Positions 19,255 to 28,594 are shown, counted from the stretch's first letter. The stretch: DNA of 64,000 bases from a bacterium (GCA_030646995.1 JAUSKF010000005.1:75323-139322); one strand, 5' to 3'. The notes: a model not told the origin generated them from the sequence alone. Numbers and translations are program-made.

Positions 19255-21432
19255 ATGTTGCGCCTAGAAACCGAACTCGCCAAGATTAATGGAATCGGGC
19301 AAAAGTTTATCGATAAGCTGGATAAGCTTAAGATAAAGACCGTCAAGGATCTTTTGTGGCATTTTCCGTTTCGCTATGATGATTTTTCGACCGTAGCTAA
19401 GATTGCTGATCTTAAAGTTAATCAATCTGCAACCGTCCGCGCAGTGGTTAAGAAGGTGTCCACTCGTCGTTCTTGGAAGAAGAAAATGGTAATCGTAGAG
19501 GCTCTAGTGGCCGACGAGACTGGCGGCATCAAAGCCATTTGGTTTAACCAGCCATTTATCGCAAAAGCATTAATGCCCGGCCGGCGGGTTAATTTTGCCG
19601 GTAAAGTTGCGATGTCTAATGATGAGATATTTCTACAAAGTCCGACTTACGAACTTTTCCAAAATACTACCGAGACTATGCATACCGCCGGTCTTATTCC
19701 GGTCTATCCCGAGACTCGGGGACTCACTTCAAAAGGCATCCGATTTTTGACTGGAGCGCTTTTGAAAAATTTGGAATCTATCCCTGATTTTTTGCCGGAA
19801 GAAGTTTTACTGCAGGCGGAAATGCCGAGTGTTGCTTCTGCGTTGAAAAATATCCATTTCCCCAAAAAAATTGAGCAGGCGGAAAAGGCCCGTGAGCGGT
19901 TTGCTTTTGCCGATATCTTTTTGATTCAATTGATGAATTTACGAAACCGGATGCTGCTTGCCAAAGAAAAAGCTCCGCCGCTGAATATAGATAAATCGGC
20001 TATTACTGATTTCATCGCCAGACTTCCTTTCGAGTTGACCGGCGCCCAGCATCGGAGCATAGATGAGATCGTCCATGATCTTGCGAAGCCCAATCCGATG
20101 AACCGTTTACTGCAGGGAGACGTCGGGTCGGGCAAAACCGTAGTCGCCGCAGTGGCCGCTTTGATGTCTGCGCAAAACGGAAAACAAACCGCTTTTATGG
20201 CGCCGACTGAAGTTTTAGCGCGCCAGCATTACAGAACTCTTTGCGCTATTTTTAAAAACTATCCGATTGGAATCGGAATTCTCACCGGCAGTGAGTCGAG
20301 GGCATTTTATGGCGAGGGGATGGAGAGCAAGCTGACTAGGCCGAAATTTCTGGAGGAAATAGCGCAGGACAAGATAAAAATAATTTTGGGAACCCACGCC
20401 CTGATTTCCGAAGTGAAGGGTAAGAAGTCCCTCATCTTTAATGACTTGGCTTTAGCAATCGTGGATGAGCAACACCGCTTCGGAGTGGACCAGCGCGCCT
20501 CTTTGGTGAAAAAAGAATCCGCCAGTCGGCGGACCGCCGGCTGGCGGACCGGCGAAACAACTACCGTCCATTTCCTTTCGATGAGCGCCACGCCGATACC
20601 CCGCACGCTTTCGCTGACATTATTCGGAGATTTGGATTTGTCGATTATTGATGAAATGCCCAAAGGCAGAAAAGAAATTGTTACTAAAGTTATACCGCCA
20701 TTAAACCGGAAGAAGGCTTATGATTTTATTCGCGGAGAGGTTAAAAAAGGCCGGCAGGCTTTTGTGATTTGCCCGAGAATTGAAGAGGCGGAAAAGCCGG
20801 AAGTGGCGAAGGTTGGTGACAAGAAAAAAATAAATCTTTGGGCGGACGTGAAAAATGTGACAGAAGAATATGAGAGATTATCAAAAACTATCTTCCCTGA
20901 CTTGAGAGTAGCGATGTTGCATGGCCGGATGAAGGGGGTAGAAAAGGCAGAAATAATGGCCGACTTCGCGGCCGGCCGCACCCATCTTTTGGTATCCACC
21001 TCCGTTATCGAAGTGGGAGTAGATGTGCCGAATGCTTCCATAATGATGATTGAGGGCGCGGATCGTTTCGGCTTGGCCCAGCTTTACCAATTCCGCGGCC
21101 GTGTCGGCAGGGGAGAGCATCAATCATATTGTTTGCTATTTACTGATTCTGAATCCGCCTCTACTGCGCAAAGGTTAGATGCCTTAATTAAAGCGAAAAA
21201 CGGTTTCGAGCTTGCCGAGCAGGACTTGGCTATTCGTGGCCCAGGAGAATTTATCGGCGATAAACAGACCGGCATTCCTGACTTGGCAATGCGTTCACTA
21301 AACAATATTGCGATAATTAAGCTCGCTCGCGCCTCCGCTGAAGTGTTGATAAAAAAAGACTACACCCTTTCCAATTATCCGCCCTTGAAGGCTGAGCTTG
21401 CCAAGTTTCAAAACAAAATTCACCTAGAATAA
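19255..21432 (+). CDS. recG: ATP-dependent DNA helicase RecG
   Basis: N-terminal wedge/OB region. Helicase motifs I (GDVGSGKT), II (DEQHRFG) and VI (QLYQFRGRVGRG). Carries an in-frame GC palindrome insertion at 20518-20554. Confidence 0.92.
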   Translation: MLRLETELAKINGIGQKFIDKLDKLKIKTVKDLLWHFPFRYDDFSTVAKIADLKVNQSATVRAVVKKVSTRRSWKKKMVIVEALVADETGGIKAIWFNQPFIAKALMPGRRVNFAGKVAMSNDEIFLQSPTYELFQNTTETMHTAGLIPVYPETRGLTSKGIRFLTGALLKNLESIPDFLPEEVLLQAEMPSVASALKNIHFPKKIEQAEKARERFAFADIFLIQLMNLRNRMLLAKEKAPPLNIDKSAITDFIARLPFELTGAQHRSIDEIVHDLAKPNPMNRLLQGDVGSGKTVVAAVAALMSAQNGKQTAFMAPTEVLARQHYRTLCAIFKNYPIGIGILTGSESRAFYGEGMESKLTRPKFLEEIAQDKIKIILGTHALISEVKGKKSLIFNDLALAIVDEQHRFGVDQRASLVKKESASRRTAGWRTGETTTVHFLSMSATPIPRTLSLTLFGDLDLSIIDEMPKGRKEIVTKVIPPLNRKKAYDFIRGEVKKGRQAFVICPRIEEAEKPEVAKVGDKKKINLWADVKNVTEEYERLSKTIFPDLRVAMLHGRMKGVEKAEIMADFAAGRTHLLVSTSVIEVGVDVPNASIMMIEGADRFGLAQLYQFRGRVGRGEHQSYCLLFTDSESASTAQRLDALIKAKNGFELAEQDLAIRGPGEFIGDKQTGIPDLAMRSLNNIAIIKLARASAEVLIKKDYTLSNYPPLKAELAKFQNKIHLE

Positions 21433-21435
21433 GAT

Positions 21436-21840
21436 TTACCAGCCAAAGTAGTTTTGGATGCTGTAGAATCCGGGACCGGCTGTAGCTAGGACCAAAAGCG
21501 AAGCGAGTAAAACCAAATCAAGCTCATATCCGTTGATTAGTTTCATTCCTTGTTTCTTTTTCCAAAGCGCGGCAACCGACATATTGATGGCGAGCAGAAT
21601 TCCGATGATGGGCAAGTAAATTCCTAACAAAACCGCTAATCCGCCAAAAACTTCTACAAAGGCGACTATCGTGCCCCAAAAAGCGCCCGGTTTAAAACCC
21701 ATCATTCCGAAATTGATAGCGTTTTGTTTAAGATCCTTAATCTTCGGCCAGCCGTGAGCCAGAAATATGGCGGCAATTACTATGCGAAGCGCGAGTAAGG
21801 CCCAGTCGGTGAATAATGGAAACAATGAAATAGTGTTCAT
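21436..21840 (-). CDS. DoxX family membrane protein
   Basis: Four TM helices with a DoxX-like N-terminus (LALRIVIAAIFLAHGWPKI). Confidence 0.75.
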   Translation of the reverse strand: MNTISLFPLFTDWALLALRIVIAAIFLAHGWPKIKDLKQNAINFGMMGFKPGAFWGTIVAFVEVFGGLAVLLGIYLPIIGILLAINMSVAALWKKKQGMKLINGYELDLVLLASLLVLATAGPGFYSIQNYFGW

Positions 21841-21919
21841 CCAAATATTGTAGCACTTTATTTACGCGTTATATTATAGTATTATAAGGCGAACAAAGTC
21901 GCCGCATGGCGGCACTTAT

Positions 21920-21957
21920 GGCCTCATCGTCTAATGGCTAGGACAGCCCCCTTTTCC
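21920..21957 (+). pseudogene. tRNA-Glu 5'-half duplicate (pseudo-tRNA fragment)
   Basis: GGCCTCATCGTCTAATGGCTAGGACAGCCCCCTTTTCC matches about 33 of 38 positions of the 5' half of the intact tRNA-Glu at 22236. No T-arm or 3' acceptor follows. Confidence 0.5.
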
Positions 21958-21995
21958 GCCGGAGGCGGATCCTCCTTCGGAGGACACGGCACATA

Positions 21996-22230
21996 TATGT
22001 ATTATCTTTACATTCTGGAAAGTTTAGAATATAAAAGGCATTACATAGGCACGAGCGCCGATGTTAAAAACAGGCTCTCTGAGCATAACAGCGGTGAAGT
22101 GCGGTCAACTAAGGCTTATCGTCCATGGAGGTGCGTATATTCAGAAGAATTCTTGGATAAAACATCGGCGCGCAAGCGAGAGTTGTTCTTGAAAAGAAAC
22201 GCCAAGGCAAGAGAAGATTTGTTCAAGTAA
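21996..22230 (+). CDS. GIY-YIG nuclease family protein (YhbQ/UPF0213-like)
   Basis: YYLYILESLEYKRHYIGTSADVKNRLSEHNSG...PWRCVYSEEF...KRELFLKRN is the GIY-YIG (URI) domain signature. The start is set at the internal ATG because the upstream part of the ORF runs through the tRNA fragment. Confidence 0.78.
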
Positions 22231-22235
22231 AATAT

Positions 22236-22310
22236 GGTCTCGTCGTCTAGTGGCTAGGACATGCCCCTTTCACGGGCAGAACACGGGTTCGATTCCCGTC
22301 GAGACTACCA
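22236..22310 (+). tRNA. tRNA-Glu (anticodon UUC), CCA encoded
   Basis: Cloverleaf: acceptor GGTCTCG/CGAGACT, anticodon loop CTTTCAC, T-loop TTCGATT, 3' ACCA. The tsaD ATG follows immediately. Confidence 0.9.
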
Positions 22311-23432
22311 ATGAAAATTTTAGCGATAGAAACATCTTGTGATGAGACTGCGATGGCCTTGGTGGATTGCAAGGGCAACCCACTATTGAAAAACCGCTCC
22401 GCCGGCTGGCGGATTAAAGTTTTGGAAAATATTGTTTCTTCGCAGATTGCTATTCATCGCCCATTCGGCGGCGTAGTTCCGAATTTGGCAAAGCGCGAGC
22501 ATATAAAAAATCTCCCAAAAATTTACCAGTCGCTAGTCGCTAGTCACAAGTCGCTAAAGTTTGACCTAATCGCAGTTACCGTTGGTCCGGGTCTGGAGCC
22601 GGCTTTGTGGGCGGGAATTGAATTTGCGAAAAGTTTAGCGAAAGAAACCGGCAAGCCGTTGGTTGGCGGAAATCATATGGAGGGACATCTTTTTTCTAAT
22701 TGGCTGCCGCATAGCGTCATTGCGAGTGCGGCGAAGCAATCTAACAAAAATTTAAGTAAGATTGCCACGACCCCTTCGTGGTCTCGCAATGACAAGATTA
22801 AATTCCCGGCAATCGCGCTCGTGGTCAGTGGCGGACACACGATGGTCATCAAAATGGATTCTTTAAAGAAATGGAAAAATCTTGGCGAGACTCGCGATGA
22901 TGCTGCCGGTGAAGCTTTCGATAAAGTTGCGCGCTTGCTTGGCCTTCAGTATCCGGGCGGACCGGAAGTTGAGAGGCTGGCGAAAAATGGAAATCCGAAA
23001 GCGGTAAATTTTCCGAGGCCGATGTTGAATCCGCCAGCTGGCGGAAAAAATTATGAATTTAGCTTTTCCGGATTGAAGACTTCAGTTCTATATTATTTGC
23101 GAGATCATCCATTTGTCGTCAGCCGTCAGTCATTAGTTGCCGATGTCGCTGCAAGCTTCCAGCAAGCCGTTATCGATACACTGGTTGGAAAAACTATGCG
23201 CGCCGCGGAAGAGTTTGGCGCGCAATCAGTTTTGCTTTCCGGCGGGGTGGCGGCGAATAAGAGATTAAGAGAAATTATGAAATTAGAAACTGAGAAATTG
23301 GGGCGGGAATTTTTTGTGCCGGATTTTCAATACAATACCGATAACGCGGTGATGATTGCCGCCGCCGCCTACATTGCCAAATTGCGCGGGAAAAAATATC
23401 CGATGCGCGCCAACTCGAACCTTAGCTTGTAA
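22311..23432 (+). CDS. tsaD: tRNA N6-adenosine threonylcarbamoyltransferase TsaD/Kae1
   Basis: MKILAIETSCDETA N-terminus and the HMEGH metal-binding motif. Carries in-frame repeat insertions. Confidence 0.9.
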   Translation: MKILAIETSCDETAMALVDCKGNPLLKNRSAGWRIKVLENIVSSQIAIHRPFGGVVPNLAKREHIKNLPKIYQSLVASHKSLKFDLIAVTVGPGLEPALWAGIEFAKSLAKETGKPLVGGNHMEGHLFSNWLPHSVIASAAKQSNKNLSKIATTPSWSRNDKIKFPAIALVVSGGHTMVIKMDSLKKWKNLGETRDDAAGEAFDKVARLLGLQYPGGPEVERLAKNGNPKAVNFPRPMLNPPAGGKNYEFSFSGLKTSVLYYLRDHPFVVSRQSLVADVAASFQQAVIDTLVGKTMRAAEEFGAQSVLLSGGVAANKRLREIMKLETEKLGREFFVPDFQYNTDNAVMIAAAAYIAKLRGKKYPMRANSNLSL

Positions 23433-23491
23433 AGATATTTTTCTGTGGTAAAGTATTCGGCAGTTCGTTCTTAAGGAAGAGGCGAGTGATA

Positions 23492-23890
23492 ATGCCAATC
23501 AATCTTCTGAAGAGGTATGAAATTTCTTTCCGTTGCCAAGGAGTGGAGACGGTATCCGAAGGAGAAGGCACGATTCACGGTGAGATGACGGCGAACGCTG
23601 TTCAGTCTTCTTACATAGGAAGCCTCATGTGGGTTTTGAGTGAGCATCGCTTTTTCGTTTATGCATTAAGTTGCGAAGAAGCAATCACCGCTCTTCAACT
23701 GATGTCTCCTTCGTTGGCGGAGATCAAAGAGAATCCGAGGCGGATTCAGTGCGTCGGGTGTGAGCTTGCCGATCGGGAGCTATCTATCGGTCGGGGTGCC
23801 GTTCTTGCCTTTGGCTCTAAAATAATCGATAAAATGCCTTTGGGTGGGGAAAAATTCGCAGAGGAGCGCCTGCTCTACCCGGTCGCTTGA
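23492..23890 (+). CDS. hypothetical protein
   Basis: ORF with the RBS aaggaagagg. No recognisable family. Confidence 0.4.
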   Translation: MPINLLKRYEISFRCQGVETVSEGEGTIHGEMTANAVQSSYIGSLMWVLSEHRFFVYALSCEEAITALQLMSPSLAEIKENPRRIQCVGCELADRELSIGRGAVLAFGSKIIDKMPLGGEKFAEERLLYPVA

Positions 23891-24141
23891 AGTTGACTGT
23901 GCCCAGTGCCACAACGATAGCACGCCACCTAATTAACCTGATTTCCTGATTAAAACTGCTTTATGTCGCGCAATATTTAAGTAGGTTGTGGCACCGGGTG
24001 TGGATAACTCCACTTGCGCGCTTCTGTTAATACTGTAAATTAATAAATAGCTCATCGATAATAAAAATCTAATTGCCGTCGACACAAACGACGGATCACG
24101 TGTAGGCGCTGCTTACACAGACAGTTCATTTCTTTCTACCC

Positions 24142-24175
24142 ATAACCCCGACCTCCTGTCGGGGTTGTTTTTTAT
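24142..24175 (+). terminator. intrinsic terminator / possible valS leader attenuator
   Basis: AACCCCGAC-ctcctgt-CGGGGTT followed by GTTTTTTATTT, about 45 nt upstream of the valS ATG. Confidence 0.6.
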
Positions 24176-24219
24176 TTGCCAATTTTCTCAATTTCTAATT
24201 TCTCAATTTCTAACTTATA

Positions 24220-26355
24220 ATGATTCCAATGTCTGAAGAGCTGCCAAAGGCCTACGACCCGAAAGCCACCGAAGACCGCATTTATAAAATGTGGGAGGAC
24301 GGCGGGTATTTTAAGCCAGCGACTAGCGACTCGCGACTAGCGACTGGGAAAACTTACGCCATCCATTTGCCACCGCCGAACGTGACGGGTTCTTTGCATA
24401 TGGGTCACGCACTCAACGCGACCATCTCCGACATTTTAATTCGCTATCATCGGATGCGTGGCTATGAAACAGTTTGGTTTCCGGGCACCGATCACGCCGG
24501 TATCGCTACGCAAAGCGTGGTTGAAAAGAATTTAAAAAAAGAAGGCATTAGCCGCTGGGATTTGGGTCGCGAAAAGTTTATTGAAAAAGTTTGGGAGTGG
24601 AGAAAACAATATGGAGATATTATTATCAGTCAGTTAAAAAAACTCGGCGCTTCCGCGGACTGGTCGCGGACCCGTTTCACGATGGACCTCGAATATGCCG
24701 GCTGGGTAAAAAAAGTTTTTATTCATTATTTCGAAAAAGATTTAATTTATCGCGGCAAGCGAGTGGTTAGTTGGTGTACCGCTTGTCAGACTTCTTTGTC
24801 GGATTTGGAAATTGAATATAAAGAAGAGAAAACAAAATTGTGGCAAATTAAGTACCCACTGACTGACGACAAAGGACAAACGACTAGCGACTTCATAATC
24901 GTTGCGACGACTCGGCCGGAAACGATGCTGGGCGATTCGGCGGTTGCCGTGAACCCGAAAGATAAGCGTTATGAAAATTTAGTTGGCAAAAAAGTTTTGT
25001 TGCCGATCCAGAATCGCGAGATTCCGATTGTCGCGGACGAAAAAATTGATATGGCTTTCGGGACGGGCGCGGTGAAGATCACGCCGGCGCATGATCTGCT
25101 GGATGCTGAAATAGGGGAGCGACATAAGCTGCCTTTTGTTCCGGTAATCAACGGAATAGGGAAAATGACCGCCGAGGCCGGAAAAGATTTTGAAGGACTG
25201 AAGATCGCTGAGGCGCGCGAGAGGGTGGTGGCGGAGTTGGAAAAACTTGGCCTGATAGCTAAGACCGAGGACTACACTCATAACTTAGCAATTTGTTACC
25301 GGAGCGCCACACCCATTGAACCGCTTTTAAGCGACCAGTGGTTTTTGAAGATGAAAGATCTTGCCGCGACGGCATTGGAAACCGTGCAGTCAGGGAAAAC
25401 CAAAATTATTCCGGAGAATTTTTCTAAGCCTTATATTTCTTGGCTGGAGAATATAAAAGATTGGTGTATCTCCCGGCAAATTTGGTGGGGGCATCAGCTT
25501 CCGGTTTATTTTTGCAAAACTGATCCATTGAAGTTTGTCGTTTCGGAAGAAAAGCCTGCAAAATGCTCGGAATGTGGAAATTGCGAGATGGAGCAATCTC
25601 AAGACGTTTTGGATACCTGGTTTTCTTCCGCGCTTTGGCCATTCGCCGGGCTTTCCGAGGAAGATCAAAAGAAATTTTATCCTTCGAGTGTTTTAATCAC
25701 CGCCCGCGATATTATCAATCTTTGGGTCGGGCGGATGATCTTTTCGGGAATGGAATTTATGGGTGAGACTCCTTTCCCGGATGTTTTGATCCACGGCACA
25801 ATTCTCACCAAAGATGGCAAGCGTATGTCTAAAAGCCTAGGAACCGGCATTGACCCAATCGGTTTGATAGATAAGTACGGCGCCGACGCGACCCGGTTTG
25901 GCATAATTTGGCAGGCGATGGGCAATCAGGACATTCACTGGGACGAAACCGCCCTAGCTGGCGGCAAGAAGTTTGCTAACAAGCTATGGAATATCGCCCG
26001 GTATATTCATGGCGTAGGTATTGTTCCGAGAAATTTAGATGTTCAACGCGTTGAACATGTTGAAGACAAGGAAATTTTGGAAAAACTGGAAATTTTGAAG
26101 AAAGAAGTGGAAAAGGGGACCCAGGAGTATGATTTCGGACAAACTCTGCACAAGATTTACGACTTCGTCTGGCACGATTTAGCTGATAAATACATAGAAA
26201 CCTCAAAAGATCGCACCGATGAAAATGTTAAACTGATATTAAGCGGCCTCCTGATGGACGTTTTGAAGATATTGCACCCGTTTATGCCGTTCATCACCGA
26301 AGAGCTCTATCAAAAGCTCTTTGCTAAGGATTCCGCCCTGATTGCCGCGGAATAA
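24220..26355 (+). CDS. valS: valyl-tRNA synthetase (short form)
   Basis: HMGHALN (HIGH), the CP1 editing domain and KMSKS. Lacks the long C-terminal coiled-coil. Contains an in-frame (TAGCGAC)n insertion. Confidence 0.92.
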   Translation: MIPMSEELPKAYDPKATEDRIYKMWEDGGYFKPATSDSRLATGKTYAIHLPPPNVTGSLHMGHALNATISDILIRYHRMRGYETVWFPGTDHAGIATQSVVEKNLKKEGISRWDLGREKFIEKVWEWRKQYGDIIISQLKKLGASADWSRTRFTMDLEYAGWVKKVFIHYFEKDLIYRGKRVVSWCTACQTSLSDLEIEYKEEKTKLWQIKYPLTDDKGQTTSDFIIVATTRPETMLGDSAVAVNPKDKRYENLVGKKVLLPIQNREIPIVADEKIDMAFGTGAVKITPAHDLLDAEIGERHKLPFVPVINGIGKMTAEAGKDFEGLKIAEARERVVAELEKLGLIAKTEDYTHNLAICYRSATPIEPLLSDQWFLKMKDLAATALETVQSGKTKIIPENFSKPYISWLENIKDWCISRQIWWGHQLPVYFCKTDPLKFVVSEEKPAKCSECGNCEMEQSQDVLDTWFSSALWPFAGLSEEDQKKFYPSSVLITARDIINLWVGRMIFSGMEFMGETPFPDVLIHGTILTKDGKRMSKSLGTGIDPIGLIDKYGADATRFGIIWQAMGNQDIHWDETALAGGKKFANKLWNIARYIHGVGIVPRNLDVQRVEHVEDKEILEKLEILKKEVEKGTQEYDFGQTLHKIYDFVWHDLADKYIETSKDRTDENVKLILSGLLMDVLKILHPFMPFITEELYQKLFAKDSALIAAE

Positions 26356-27044
26356 TGCTCACCACGATACTATTAATCACTCTCGGTACAATTCCGGCTC
26401 TAGCTTGGCTCGCCTTTTATTTAAAGGAGGACTCGCGCCATCCCGAGCCGAAGAAGTTGATACTTTACACTTTTATCGCCGGATCACTGGTTACTGTTTT
26501 TGTATTGCAGTTCCAGATTATTATCAACGACTGGACTACTGGGCAGGGCCTACATACCTATAGCCTGTCCTCTTTCCTTTTATTGGGGGCGGCGGAAGAA
26601 ATTTTTAAATTTTTGGCGGTGTATTTGGTGGTTAGCCAGAGGAAAGAATTTGATGAACCGATTGACGCAATGGTGTATATGGTCGTGGCGGCATTGGGGT
26701 TCGCCACAGTAGAGAATGTTGCCTCTATCTTACAATCAGATGTTCTATCGATTGCATCACCCGGTCCTTTGGAGACCACGGCGCTTAGATTTGTGGGCGC
26801 CACTCTGCTTCATAGTCTAGCTTCGGCTGTCGTCGGCTACTATTGGGGGCGGTCTATCGCTAAAGGCGGGAATCGTTTCGTGGCCATTTCCTTGGGTTTG
26901 GTCATTGCCACTTTGTTGCATGCAGTTTTCAACTCACTTATAATTAAATCGGAGCCCGTAGCGCTGCCGTTAATATTTTTAATGTTTATGGCGCTATTTG
27001 TTCTCAATGATTTTGAAAAACTGAAGAAACCCAAGGATAATTAA
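26355..27044 (+). CDS. CPBP family intramembrane glutamic endopeptidase (CAAX protease/Abi-like)
   Basis: Multi-TM protein with an EE-containing motif (GAAEEIFKF) and conserved His blocks (LLHSLASAVVGYYWG; HAVFN). The start overlaps the valS stop. Confidence 0.72.
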   Translation: MLTTILLITLGTIPALAWLAFYLKEDSRHPEPKKLILYTFIAGSLVTVFVLQFQIIINDWTTGQGLHTYSLSSFLLLGAAEEIFKFLAVYLVVSQRKEFDEPIDAMVYMVVAALGFATVENVASILQSDVLSIASPGPLETTALRFVGATLLHSLASAVVGYYWGRSIAKGGNRFVAISLGLVIATLLHAVFNSLIIKSEPVALPLIFLMFMALFVLNDFEKLKKPKDN

Positions 27045-27070
27045 AAGTTATAAGGTTATAAAGTAAAAAT

Positions 27071-27544
27071 ATGGAAGACGAAGAAATAAACGAAGAAGAA
27101 ACTATAAGCGGGGAATCAATCGCGGCCGATGAGCCGGAGATTGATTTGGTTAAATCGGGCTCCGCCGTGCGGGAGCGTCACGCCGATACTGCCGAAGATC
27201 TCACCGATGAGGACGAAGGCCAACTTACCATCGATCTTTATCAGAGCGCCGATGAGATAATCTTGGAATCCCCAATAGCCGGCGTGAAGCCGGAGGACTT
27301 GGATATCGCGATTACCAGTGAATCCGTAACTATTAAGGGCAAAAGAGAAAAAGATCGTCGGATAAAAGATGAGGATTATTTTTATCAGGAGTGCTATTGG
27401 GGTCGTTTCGCCCGCTCTATTATCTTGCCGCAGGAGGTAGATGCAGAAAAATCCGAAGCCGCGATTAAGAATGGAGTTTTGGTTATTAAATTACCTAAAT
27501 TGAACCGTCAGCGCTCGAAAAAGATTAAAGTTCAGGCGGAATAA
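27071..27544 (+). CDS. Hsp20/alpha-crystallin family small heat shock protein
   Basis: Alpha-crystallin domain (LTIDLYQ...VTIKGKRE...GVLVIKLPK) with an acidic N-terminal extension. Confidence 0.85.
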   Translation: MEDEEINEEETISGESIAADEPEIDLVKSGSAVRERHADTAEDLTDEDEGQLTIDLYQSADEIILESPIAGVKPEDLDIAITSESVTIKGKREKDRRIKDEDYFYQECYWGRFARSIILPQEVDAEKSEAAIKNGVLVIKLPKLNRQRSKKIKVQAE

Positions 27545-27634
27545 TTATCTTGACCTAGCTAGCGCCGCTCTATACCATAGGGGGTAGTTATCTGTTCCTT
27601 AAAAAGGCGGACTTCTTGGAAAGGAGGAGGTAAG

Positions 27635-28594
27635 ATGCCCGAAAAAATCGGATTGGCGATTAGCGGGGGCGGCTTCCGGGGTTCTATTATCGGACCTCAC
27701 AAAGCCCTTTGGAGACGCAATAAAATCCCGGATAAGATTCAGGGAGTTTCTGTCGGCGCTTTGAATGCTGCTAAATTGGCTGAATCCGGTATCGAGGCCT
27801 TGGAAGAAAACTGGCGCATTATTGGGGCTGGCCATCCAAGTGCGATTTTCAACAAGCTGGACATCATTACACGTTTTAATAGCAATGCTCCGTTTAGTGA
27901 CGCCGGATTGAAGAGGTTGATTGGCAAGCTGGATCCAGTGAAGATTATTAATTCTCCTATTGAATTGGAGGTGGTAGTCAATAACGAAACGAAGCGGCGC
28001 ATGCAGGTTTTTTCTAGTCGTGATTTGATCTTTCAGGTTGACAAGGAAAATCCTAAAAATCCGAATCGGGGCCCGCATTTACTGCTTGACGCCATCAAGG
28101 CATCTGCGTCTTTGCCCGGATTCTTCCCACCCGTGAATATTTTGGGTGAATGGTTCTCCGACGGTTACTGTTTTCATTTGGAGCGCTTCGCCGATTTCGA
28201 TACTCTTTTCGTAGTGTTGCACGACGATCCGGAGCCGCGAATTTTTCCCGAAAGCCATTGGTTCCGGAGAATCTTTGCCGGACCGCAAAGAGTGCTGAGT
28301 GATCACGAAGAAGGTAAAATCCATGACTTTTTGAGGGATCACCCCGACAAGTTCACCGAGTTCAAGTTTTCTTCCAAGCTGGGCTTGGTGGACAGAATAC
28401 TCACCTTTTTGTCCAAAGGAGTCGATAAACTTCAGGGGAAGGGGCGATTGGTCCTTTTCAGTCCCGACTTCTCTATCCCGACCTTGGAGTTGGCCAGTTT
28501 TCAAAGGGGCGACATTGAAAAAGCAATCGATATGAGTTTCTTGCAGGCAGAAAAATTGTTGGATGAAATTTATCCGCCTACGCCCACCGTTTAA
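27635..28594 (+). CDS. patatin-like phospholipase
   Basis: GxGxxG oxyanion motif (ISGGGFRG), GxSxG lipase serine (GVSVG) and a downstream DG(Y) dyad. Strong RBS. The stop sits inside a terminator hairpin. Confidence 0.78.
   Translation: MPEKIGLAISGGGFRGSIIGPHKALWRRNKIPDKIQGVSVGALNAAKLAESGIEALEENWRIIGAGHPSAIFNKLDIITRFNSNAPFSDAGLKRLIGKLDPVKIINSPIELEVVVNNETKRRMQVFSSRDLIFQVDKENPKNPNRGPHLLLDAIKASASLPGFFPPVNILGEWFSDGYCFHLERFADFDTLFVVLHDDPEPRIFPESHWFRRIFAGPQRVLSDHEEGKIHDFLRDHPDKFTEFKFSSKLGLVDRILTFLSKGVDKLQGKGRLVLFSPDFSIPTLELASFQRGDIEKAIDMSFLQAEKLLDEIYPPTPTV

Noticed and set aside
23985-24005. T-box riboswitch upstream of valS (GTTGTGGCACCGGGTG resembles the T-box GGGTGGTACCGCG)
   Set aside because: The motif is about 150 nt upstream of the terminator rather than forming its 5' shoulder. 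No specifier loop or AGAGA box context is recognisable. It is kept only as a weak attenuator hypothesis.
2354-26355. Short tig (302 aa), valS (711 aa) and metG (487 aa) as pseudogenes
   Set aside because: All catalytic motifs are intact and the reading frames are continuous. Shortened C-termini are typical of reduced CPR genomes, so these are called as functional short forms.
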